Shown here in pieces: positions 40,826-48,806 of a stretch of DNA of 64,000 bases; within the stretch, counting starts at the first letter, position 1; every line of letters begins with the position of its first letter. Both the position numbers and the translations under genes were made by a program. The notes beneath the pieces were generated by a model. The model made no database searches. It saw only the letters and a program-made list of their open reading frames with translations, and was not told where the DNA came from. Source of the stretch: an uncultured virus (IMG/VR IMGVR_UViG_3300020578_000049) (Duplodnaviria; Heunggongvirae; Uroviricota; Caudoviricetes); the IMG/VR virus record IMGVR_UViG_3300020578_000049. One strand, written 5' to 3'.

Positions 40826-40899
40826 GGTCCCGTAGCATAATTGAATAATGCAACTCACTTCTAATGAGTAGATTCCAGGTTTGAATCCTGGCGGGACTA
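40826..40899 (+). tRNA. tRNA-Arg(UCU)
   Basis: Acceptor GGTCCCG/CGGGACT; anticodon arm ACTCA-CTTCTAA-TGAGT; T arm CCAGG-TTTGAAT-CCTGG; CCA not encoded. Confidence 0.9.
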
Positions 40900-40996
40900 C
40901 ACAAAAAAAATATTATGGAAGATATATTTGAACAAATACATAATGAATTTATAAATTCTGAAGATTATTTTTCATATCTTCAAGATATTTATTCTT

Positions 40997-41434
40997 ATGA
41001 AGAAAAGAATACGACTAACTGAAACTGAATTAATAAGTCTAATTAAAAGAATTCTTAAAGAAGAAAAGTATTCCGAAGAAGATATTAAGTACACCCACCC
41101 AATAACAGGTGAAGCCTGTAAAATCAAAGTAGCTAGAAATAAAGTAACTGATATGGAAAATAGACAATATGGATCAATCCTTGTCTGTATTGATGAAGAA
41201 TATGGTGATGAAAGAATTAAAGCCGAACTTCCAGTAGATGGTCCTACACCAGAAGAAGTTAGTGATTTTATATGTGAAAATATAGAAAGAACATTTGAAA
41301 TTCTGGATGATATGTTAACACACGAAGAAGAAGAGCCAATATCAGAAGAAGTTTATAGCCGAAGGTGGGACATTGTAGACCAGCCAATTGTTTGTTCAGA
41401 CAAACCAAAAAAGAAAAAAAGTTGGGAATACTAA
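40997..41434 (+). CDS. Acidic protein with leader
   Basis: MKKRIRLTETELISLIKRILKEE. Confidence 0.75.
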   Translation: MKKRIRLTETELISLIKRILKEEKYSEEDIKYTHPITGEACKIKVARNKVTDMENRQYGSILVCIDEEYGDERIKAELPVDGPTPEEVSDFICENIERTFEILDDMLTHEEEEPISEEVYSRRWDIVDQPIVCSDKPKKKKSWEY

Positions 41435-41462
41435 ATAATATAATATTTATAAATAAAAAATT

Positions 41463-41825
41463 ATGAAAAAAGTAATTAAACTAACAGAAAGAGACCTTAC
41501 AAGACTTATTAAAAGAATTGTAAAAGAAAGTGAAGAAGAAGTCAAACAAGAGTTAGATATGAAAAATAAATTGGATGATATCTTCTTTGGTTATGATAGT
41601 GCAAATATTTTTACACCATCTGGTGAATTTGGATACCTTTCACAAGAAAAAAGATTAAAAAAAGAAATAACACCAAAAGGAAGAAAAGAAAGAATCCAAC
41701 AAGTAATTGATGGTTTGGAAGAATACATTGAATACTTACGAAATGAAAAATTGGGTGAAGAAGATACCTGGATTGAAAATCCAAAATACGATGAAGTTTG
41801 GGGTGGAAAAAATGATGAATATTAA
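41463..41825 (+). CDS. Protein with leader
   Basis: MKKVIKLTERDLTRLIKRIVKE. Confidence 0.75.
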   Translation: MKKVIKLTERDLTRLIKRIVKESEEEVKQELDMKNKLDDIFFGYDSANIFTPSGEFGYLSQEKRLKKEITPKGRKERIQQVIDGLEEYIEYLRNEKLGEEDTWIENPKYDEVWGGKNDEY

Positions 41826-41892
41826 TTTTTTTTCAAAAACACTTTGGGTGGGTACAACCCGAAGTCGGTCCCGAGCTAGGTCGGGCACTACT

Positions 41893-41965
41893 ATGTCTCT
41901 GGTGTAATGGTTTAGCATAAACGGCTTCAACCCGTTCGGTTAGGGGTTAAATCCTTGTGTACGTG
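41893..41965 (+). tRNA. Degenerate tRNA with UCA anticodon (pseudo-tRNA or opal reader)
   Basis: D arm GTGT-AATGGTTTA-GCAT; anticodon arm AACGG-CTTCAAC-CCGTT; acceptor and T arms mismatched. Confidence 0.5.
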
Positions 41966-42012
41966 TTAATTTTTAATTTTGTCAATCAAAAAACTTTTTG
42001 TATATTTGTATT

Positions 42013-42513
42013 ATGAAAAACCAATTACCATACGAATCTACAGGAAGTGCGATTAAAGGTTATAGTGATTCTTTAACCGCAAGAAAAGAAACAAATGATT
42101 GTGTTGTTAGGGCATTTGCTTCGGCGTTTGATGTTACTTATGATTATGCACATAAGTATGTTGCAGAGGAGTTTAAAAGAGAACCAAGAAAGGGAACCTA
42201 CTTTACGGCATCTAAGATGAGTAAATTATCTGAAGGTGTGATCAAAGTTAATAATAAAAAAATTATCCCTATTGGTACAAAAAGTAATAGTGTAATTTAT
42301 CCATATTCACTTTCATATGAAATAAAAGTTAAAGGTGAAAAAGTTAAAAGACAAATGACTGTTGGTACGTTTGTAAAGAAAAACCCAAAAGGAACTTTCT
42401 TTGTATTGGTCAGAGGACATGCGTTTACAATCAAAGACGGTGTTGTTATTGGTAACCCTGAAGATGCAGTCAAAACAAAACGTCATATGAAATCGGCATT
42501 TGAAATTAAATAG
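42013..42513 (+). CDS. Cys-His (papain-like) phage protein
   Basis: NDCVVRAF...GHAFTIKDG; TATATTTG 4 nt before ATG. Confidence 0.6.
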   Translation: MKNQLPYESTGSAIKGYSDSLTARKETNDCVVRAFASAFDVTYDYAHKYVAEEFKREPRKGTYFTASKMSKLSEGVIKVNNKKIIPIGTKSNSVIYPYSLSYEIKVKGEKVKRQMTVGTFVKKNPKGTFFVLVRGHAFTIKDGVVIGNPEDAVKTKRHMKSAFEIK

Positions 42514-42578
42514 GGAATCCTACTTAAGATACAAAAAATAAATTTGGTAGATTAAAAAATTATTTATACTTTTGTTTT

Positions 42579-42884
42579 ATGGTAACATTTGATGATATAA
42601 AGTTTGGACCACATAAAGTTGGTGATGGATTACACGGATTGATTTTCTTTCCTGGTGGATATGGACTTTCGATTGCTAGGTTTAAATTTCCGGGGCATTT
42701 TCGTTATTCATCATATACAGATGATGATACTTTTGAAGTTGCAATTTTAAAGGGGACAAAAGATCAGTGGGAAATTTGTTATGATACAGAATTAACAAAT
42801 GATGTACTAGGTTACCAAACAAAAGAAGATATAAATAGAATAATTAAACACGTTCAAAGATTATATAACGATGAAAACAATTGA
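42579..42884 (+). CDS. Phage hypothetical protein
   Basis: F.GGYGLS...FEVAIL...DVLGY; host-type promoter. Confidence 0.7.
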   Translation: MVTFDDIKFGPHKVGDGLHGLIFFPGGYGLSIARFKFPGHFRYSSYTDDDTFEVAILKGTKDQWEICYDTELTNDVLGYQTKEDINRIIKHVQRLYNDENN

Positions 42885-42987
42885 GATTACATATGAGGAA
42901 ATTAAGATGGCAACAAGGCCAAATGTGTATCGTAATAAAAAAAAATACACAAGAAAAGAAAAGTTTAAAAAAGATTTGGTAGATTAA
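42871..42987 (+). CDS. Small basic protein, ArfA-like motif
   Basis: RPNVYRNKKKYTRKEKFK. Confidence 0.5.
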   Translation: MKTIEITYEEIKMATRPNVYRNKKKYTRKEKFKKDLVD

Positions 42988-43038
42988 AAAATTCTACATA
43001 TCTTTGTAAGACAAATAAGGAATAAAGGTTCTTTGAAA
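42975..43038 (+). promoter_or_regulatory. Bacteroidota-type promoter plus boxA-like element
   Basis: TTTG 42975, TATCTTTG 42999-43006, GTTCTTTGAAA 43028-43038. Confidence 0.7.
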
Positions 43039-43050
43039 TATTGAAAAACA

Positions 43051-43143
43051 TTGTGGTTGTAAGAAACGGGAAACTCGTAAAGTGTATCAACCTGTTAAAT
43101 CAAGATAGTGAAACGAGAGTTTGATTTAACTACTAAACTACAA
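43051..43143 (+). ncRNA. Structured RNA element (three-stem junction)
   Basis: TTGTGGTT/AACTACAA closing stem; GTTAAATCAA/TTGATTTAAC 10 bp; ACGGG-AAA-CTCGT. Confidence 0.55.
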
Positions 43144-43149
43144 AAAAAC

Positions 43150-43254
43150 AGTCAAGTGGCGGAATTGGTAGACGCTGGGAGAGATACCCAAGACTCCTTG
43201 GAATAAGGTAAATATTACACTTATTCCGTGCAGGTTCGAATCCTGTCCTGACAA
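43150..43254 (+). ncRNA. tRNA-Leu-derived tRNA-like RNA with enlarged anticodon loop and long variable arm
   Basis: TGGCGGAATTGGTAGACGC D arm; GCAGG-TTCGAAT-CCTGT T arm; 12-nt anticodon loop. Confidence 0.65.
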
Positions 43255-43486
43255 CAGTGGTTACCTGACTCCGATAGGACGGTAAAACCCATTGGGAAAT
43301 CGGAAGTCCGTGAATGGGGGCGCAAGCAAAGAAGAACTTACAATGGTGGAGTGCCTAAGACAAAAGAAACGAAGCGTATGGGTGATCATGCGTTGGATTC
43401 AAATCTCCACCTTTTTTAAATTAAAAAAATTATGACACCACTATTGTTAATATCATTTATATTGTTTATGTTTGTCATAAGAAAAA

Positions 43487-43576
43487 GACATTAGTAAACT
43501 TCAGTTCCCACACAGCGGTGAGATGGGCTAAGTTATATACAATTCCTCGGGGCTGGGAGTAGAAAGCTGAAGAGTC
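43487..43576 (+). ncRNA. Structured RNA element
   Basis: CTTCAGTT/AGCTGAAG closing stem; CCCA/TGGG inner stem; GC-rich island. Confidence 0.45.
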
Positions 43577-43582
43577 GTTGTT

Positions 43583-43698
43583 TGTCAGGAGTGTAATGAG
43601 GCATGGTGCCGAGTCCGAAAAACACCACGGTCCAAGAGCAATTTGGACGCGAAAAGTTATAAGGTTGCTCATTGTGGGTTCGAATCCCACCCTGACAT
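43583..43698 (+). ncRNA. tRNA-like RNA with pseudoknotted insertion
   Basis: Acceptor TGTCAGG/CCTGACA; T arm GTGGG-TTCGAAT-CCCAC; internal hairpin whose loop pairs downstream. Confidence 0.65.
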
Positions 43699-43960
43699 CT
43701 AAAAAAGTTAATTTGAAATTTGTGGATAATATTTTATAATATAGTTCTATTCATCTATTACATTGTAACGTATTTTGTGTTCGTATTTATTAAAAAACAA
43801 ATATCATGGAAGTAATTATTGCTTGTTTAGTACCCATTTCTCTTATTGGAATTCTTTTAGTTTCTTATTTAAGATATAAGGGAAAATAAAATATAATTTG
43901 ATTTTTTTTCATTTCTTTTTGTATTTATATAAAAACAAATAAACGTTAAATCAAATTAAA

Positions 43961-44128
43961 ATGAAATTAACAAAAGAACAAGTTTTAGGAATTGTTAGAC
44001 ATGCTTTGACATTTGTTGGTGGTATCGTTGTAATGAAAGGATGGGCTGATGAAAGTGTTGTTGTTGAAATTACTGGTGGTGTTATGACACTAGTTGGTGC
44101 AATCTGGTCAATCATTGCAAAAAAATAA
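43961..44128 (+). CDS. Putative holin (55 aa, two TM)
   Basis: GIVRHALTFVGG...LVGAIWS; TATTTAT upstream; terminator downstream. Confidence 0.65.
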   Translation: MKLTKEQVLGIVRHALTFVGGIVVMKGWADESVVVEITGGVMTLVGAIWSIIAKK

Positions 44129-44207
44129 GTTTCTTATAACTTTTTGTGAACCCCATCTTTTAGGTGGGGTTTTTTGTTGATTAAAAAAAAAGTTATATCT
44201 TTGTTAT

Positions 44208-44675
44208 ATGAATATATTTTTTTTAGATTTTGATACTAAAAAATGTGCACAGTATCATTGTGATAAACACGTTGTTAAAATGATTTTAGAAACAGCTCAA
44301 CTTTTATGTGGTGTTCATTGGGTTATTGGTTCAGAAGCTCCTTATAAGTTATCACATAAAAATCACCCTTGTGCCATATGGACCCGTGAAAGTCTTTCGA
44401 ATTACCTTTATTTATGTGACCTTGGTTTAGAATTGTGTAAGGAATATACATATCGTTACGGTAAAAGACATAAATCACAGGATATTATAGAATGGTGTTT
44501 GGACAACAAACCAAGTATTCCAGATAAAGATTTTACACAACCACCAAAAGCAATGCCAGACGAATTTAAAGTAGATTCTGTTATCGAATCTTATAGAAAT
44601 TATTATATGATTGCAAAAAAATCTTTTGTAAATTGGAAAAATAGAAATATTCCAGAATGGTTTTTAATTCATTGA
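44208..44675 (+). CDS. Pyrimidine-dimer DNA glycosylase (DenV-superfamily)-like protein
   Basis: MNIFFLD...HCDKHVVKMILETAQLL...HKNHPCAIW...YRNYY. Confidence 0.75.
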   Translation: MNIFFLDFDTKKCAQYHCDKHVVKMILETAQLLCGVHWVIGSEAPYKLSHKNHPCAIWTRESLSNYLYLCDLGLELCKEYTYRYGKRHKSQDIIEWCLDNKPSIPDKDFTQPPKAMPDEFKVDSVIESYRNYYMIAKKSFVNWKNRNIPEWFLIH

Positions 44676-44690
44676 TGTATTTATATACAT

Positions 44691-45770
44691 ATGAATTTAC
44701 TAGTAGAAACAAATACATATGGTTTTGCGACTGGTTCTAAATATCCTGGATGTCTTGATCAAGGTAAAGTTTGTCTTGGTGGTGGAATAAATGGTGATTG
44801 GGCCGGTTCTGCAGAAAGAGCACTACAGATGGCATCTTGGTTAAAAGATTTAGGATTTAACCCTGGTTCACAAAAAAGAAGTAATAAATTAACAGCATCT
44901 GGAAATAGGTCAGACCACTGGGATGGTTCAAAAGATTCTTATGGTATTGATTTACCTTGTCGTGGTGAAAAAGGTGATAAAGGTTGGAAAAAACTAAGAG
45001 AAGAATTTGTAAAACGTGGGTGGATATCAGAAGATAAAATGCCAGATAAATTACTACAAAAAGGTAACGGTAAGTGGATTAATTTTAATGTTGGAACCTA
45101 CAGATATCAAGTTGGTTGGAATGTTAAAGACCACTATGACCATATTCACGTAGGTGTTAGAAACAAAAAACCAGATGAAAAATATTCATCAACTGATGAT
45201 AGTGAAAGTCAAGATTCAAAAGAAGTATCTAATGAAGTTGTACCAAAAATAAAAAAAATATTTTATACCGCTTTTTCTTTTAAAGAACAATCTATAATTG
45301 AAGGTGTTTTAGAAAAACTAGATTCTTTGAATGTTAAAGACAATTTTTCAAAAATTGTTTTAGCATCACTTGTAATATATAAAAAAGATTCAATTATAAA
45401 AGATGATAAAACCTCAAATTCAGACGCTGAAACATTTATAAATGATTTGAAAGATAAAACATTCAATTCTTTAGATGAATGTTTGGACTACTTTGAAAAA
45501 GAATTGGGTAAAAGGGAATTTAATAGAAGTGAAATAAAAACAATTGCTGAAAAATTTGAAGTTAAAGTTTCCGATGATACTGGCGCTGAAATAAAAATTG
45601 ATTTGGAAAAAATCAGAGCCTTCATGAAAAAATTTAAGGAAATATTTAGTAGTGGTGAAGAAGTTTCAGAAGTTGAACTACCTAAAGTCAATTTAAAAAA
45701 AGAAGAAGAAAGTTTAAAATTAAATGAAGAATTAAATAGAATTAAAGATTTGATGAAAAAAATTCTTTAA
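44691..45770 (+). CDS. M15-like (Hedgehog/DD-peptidase fold) Zn peptidase with C-terminal leader-like motif
   Basis: SDHWDG...GIDL...HYDHIHVG; ends LNEELNRIKDLMKKIL. Confidence 0.65.
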   Translation: MNLLVETNTYGFATGSKYPGCLDQGKVCLGGGINGDWAGSAERALQMASWLKDLGFNPGSQKRSNKLTASGNRSDHWDGSKDSYGIDLPCRGEKGDKGWKKLREEFVKRGWISEDKMPDKLLQKGNGKWINFNVGTYRYQVGWNVKDHYDHIHVGVRNKKPDEKYSSTDDSESQDSKEVSNEVVPKIKKIFYTAFSFKEQSIIEGVLEKLDSLNVKDNFSKIVLASLVIYKKDSIIKDDKTSNSDAETFINDLKDKTFNSLDECLDYFEKELGKREFNRSEIKTIAEKFEVKVSDDTGAEIKIDLEKIRAFMKKFKEIFSSGEEVSEVELPKVNLKKEEESLKLNEELNRIKDLMKKIL

Positions 45771-45824
45771 CCTTATTGACACACCAAAATATTTATTCTA
45801 TGTTTGAACTATAAAACAAACAAA

Positions 45825-45974
45825 ATGGCAGAACAAGAAACACAAGTAATTGAAATTGAAATCTTTGGATACATCAATGATAAAGGACAAAGAGTTTTTA
45901 CACCAAATTTGGAGTTTGCCCACATTATGGCAACAAAATACGGTACAAACCACGTCTTTATAGAAAAAAAATAA
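45825..45974 (+). CDS. Small hypothetical protein (49 aa)
   Basis: Read by eye; TATGTTTG upstream. Confidence 0.6.
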   Translation: MAEQETQVIEIEIFGYINDKGQRVFTPNLEFAHIMATKYGTNHVFIEKK

Positions 45975-45990
45975 AAAAGTTCACAAAGTA

Positions 45991-46060
45991 CTTGACAAAT
46001 CAAAATAAATGTCTTAACTTTGTAAAACAATTCGGGAATGACCGAAAACGTTCTTTGAAA
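45991..46060 (+). promoter_or_regulatory. Bacteroidota-type promoter, hairpin and boxA-like element
   Basis: CTTG 45991, TAACTTTG 46015-46022, TTCGG-GAATGA-CCGAA, GTTCTTTGAAA 46050-46060. Confidence 0.7.
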
Positions 46061-46064
46061 ATAG

Positions 46065-46912
46065 AATTATCCGTTCAGGAGTAAGTAATGAAACTGATAA
46101 AGATATTGGGCCGTGTATAGTCCATAAAATAAACTGGGAAACCAGGATAAAGTGAATCATTCGTGTAAATGGTTTGCGGTTTGGGAAACTGAACGTGAGT
46201 ACACAAGCGGGATACCGTTTAACCTTTAATACCGAGGGCAACGCTGTAGGGAAAGTGGTTAGATGATTGGGCGATGTGGGTCGTCTGATTGAAGTGGGAA
46301 CACTAATAGGAATAACCCGTAGGAATATTGCAAAAAATAGAATTATCCAATTTTATCATTGCGTGTTCCAATATTAGAGATTGTTTAAAACCGAAAGGTA
46401 TGTTAATGTACGGGTGGTGCCGTTATTCACCTTGTCAAACTTGAACCAAGAAGTTAGACACGAAGTAGTCTTGAAGTATGGAAACTGGGAAGTTTCACGA
46501 AGTTGTTTAGTATTTCATAATCCAAAAGATAATGAAACTTTAGGTGGACCACAACTTCGATAATCCACAACACAAAAACATTTTTTTATAATTGGATATA
46601 AAAATCATAAAAGTAATAATGGAAAAGTGTCCATCACGGTATAACGGAAGTTGCCCACTTAGTCGTGAGATGTTCACGGCACATAAGGTTCCCAAGACCG
46701 AATGTATTTCTACCAAAAACCTCTAATCTCGCAAGGATTTACTGGGAAGGCATTCTCGGAGAGAGTTAAGTAATAGGAGAGTAGTTATATCGTTAAGGAG
46801 TGATTCACCTAAATAATCGGCAATGAGAAATACCATTCAAAAGATGGTGGATAAGAGTAGAAACAATAATGACTCTAAAGGTTCTCAATAAAACGTGTAA
46901 TCTCAACGTTCT
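46065..46912 (+). ncRNA. Large (~850 nt) highly structured ncRNA, GOLLD-like candidate
   Basis: No credible ORF; raised GC; many hairpins, several with GNRA loops; own promoter and boxA. Confidence 0.7.
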
Positions 46913-47061
46913 TTTTAAAATATTTTATAATAAAAAAATCAGTAAAAAAAGTAAAATACCGATTTTTAAAAAAATTATGGGGCAACAATTAGTTACCCTT
47001 TTCTTTTTATAAAAACTTTGATATATATTATTATAATAAACCTTTAATTACCTTATTCAAA

Positions 47062-47232
47062 ATGAAAAAATTAGTTTTACTTTCTGCTGCTTTTTTTACG
47101 ACAATTTCTCTTTTGACGGCTTGTGGTGAAAAAGGAACTGGAAACGCAACTTCAGATGCAACACCAGAAGCTACTGTTGAGGCAACTACTGAAGCTACGA
47201 CTGTTGTAAAAGATACTGCTGTTGTTAAGTAA
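47062..47232 (+). CDS. Small lipoprotein (56 aa)
   Basis: Lipobox LTAC; A/T/E-rich tail. Confidence 0.7.
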   Translation: MKKLVLLSAAFFTTISLLTACGEKGTGNATSDATPEATVEATTEATTVVKDTAVVK

Positions 47233-47286
47233 TTAGGAAATATCCTAAAAAAAGAAAACCCACTTCAAAAGAGTGGGTTTTTTAAT

Positions 47287-47677
47287 TGGTGGATCCGGAG
47301 GGACTCGAACCCTCGTCCGGTTCATCTTGTTTAAGAGACGACTACATGTTTAGGTTGGTATTTTCTAATACCCCAAAATATTTGATTTGTTCTTCAACAT
47401 CGTAAATCAACAACCAATGGTCCCGAATCGGATTTAGAGAGCCATCCGGTGTGCTCTATCAAACTACGACTTCTGTTGCTAGGTTATATGTCTGCCGACC
47501 CCCCGTTTCCGTATCTAATTAAGCTACAGTAACTTCAGAACCTCTTACTAATCCAAGAGTTTCCATTTTGTTTAGCACATTGCCAGTTGTTTTGTGAATC
47601 AGTTTTTAACGAGATTAATTCAGTCCCGACATGCTTCTATTATTCAACCAACGCCCGTCAAATCCAAAAACGGACCC
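47287..47677 (-). ncRNA. ssrA: tmRNA
   Basis: 5' GGGTCCG..GGATTTGAC; 3' GAGGGTTCGAGTCCCTC-CGGATCC-ACCA; G3.U70; tag frame 47584-47519. Confidence 0.92.
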
Positions 47678-47728
47678 ATAATATCAAAGAACTATATATA
47701 AATACAAATATAATTATATTTATCTAAT

Positions 47729-48778
47729 ATGGCAAGTGAAACCTATGAATTTTTACAAAAAGTTGCTAAAGGAAAAGAAACCAGTAGATGGTCTTACCCT
47801 GATGATTTAATTAATTACATTTCTTATTCAAAAGGTAAATCACCAAAAGTTGAAATTACTTTTGATGATGACGATGATTTTTTGGAAGTTTTAAATGTAA
47901 CAGATGATGATGATAAGTATATGTGGCGTAGATTTACTGGTAGAGGTTACTATGATTATGATTTTGATATGTGGAGATATGAAGAAGATTTTAGAGAAGG
48001 ATATATTGTTGGAGCTTTTAAAGGTGAAAACATTGTACTTACAAATAAAATTTTAAGTCTTACCGATCCAACCTTACAACTTAATGCCGATATAGTAGAT
48101 TACACACCTATTTCAAAATTTTTAGATGCAAAATTCCCAGATGAAATGTCTGATATTACATATGAATATGGGAGATATAATGAAGAATGTGTTTCAAGAG
48201 AAGTACAAAAAATACTAAGAAATGAAACAAATAATCCATTTAGAAACTTTGGTATTGTACAAAAACAACATTCTTATAAATTTGTAACATCTGTAAACAT
48301 TTTATTAAATCTATATAAAATGTTAAATGCTGAAGATGAAGATTTAAAAGGAATGTTAACATTATTATATAAAACTTATGGTGATAAAGATCCTGGTGGT
48401 TGGTACGATTTGGAATATAATGTTTTTTGTGATGATTATGATGAAGAAGGGTTCCAAAAAGAAGTTACTCGAAATCTTGAAAAGATTTTAGAAAGAGTTG
48501 AGGAAGATTTTGAAGGTGTTGACCAAGAAGAATATAATAAAATGCTTGATGTTATTTTAAAAATTGGTGGGTTTAATACTATTATTGAATTACCAGGTAA
48601 GAATATGCAAGTATTTTTCCATAGATTTGAACCCAGAACAAACAAATTATATTTTGATGTTTGGAAAGGAAATAAAAAAGAACAAAGGTCTATTACTAAT
48701 CTTGAAGATTTAAATTTAGCTCTATATCATCCTGAATTACTTGAAAATATAAAAAAAGTATTAAAAAAACTTTTGTAA
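47729..48778 (+). CDS. Acidic hypothetical protein
   Basis: TATTTAT 5 nt upstream; C-terminal LLENIKKVLKKLL. Confidence 0.75.
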   Translation: MASETYEFLQKVAKGKETSRWSYPDDLINYISYSKGKSPKVEITFDDDDDFLEVLNVTDDDDKYMWRRFTGRGYYDYDFDMWRYEEDFREGYIVGAFKGENIVLTNKILSLTDPTLQLNADIVDYTPISKFLDAKFPDEMSDITYEYGRYNEECVSREVQKILRNETNNPFRNFGIVQKQHSYKFVTSVNILLNLYKMLNAEDEDLKGMLTLLYKTYGDKDPGGWYDLEYNVFCDDYDEEGFQKEVTRNLEKILERVEEDFEGVDQEEYNKMLDVILKIGGFNTIIELPGKNMQVFFHRFEPRTNKLYFDVWKGNKKEQRSITNLEDLNLALYHPELLENIKKVLKKLL

Positions 48779-48806
48779 ATCAAAATAATATTTCTATATT
48801 TGTCGT

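Noticed and set aside
43475..43690. 71-aa minus-strand ORF (MGFEPT...)
   Set aside because: Typical antisense translation of a tRNA T arm
46014..46563. Short ORFs within the large structured region
   Set aside because: Non-ATG starts, atypical composition, better explained by ncRNA
46065..46912. RNase P RNA, rRNA or group I intron
   Set aside because: No RNase P P4 signature, no rRNA motifs, no interrupted host gene; TATAGTCC near the 5' end is misplaced for an intron S element
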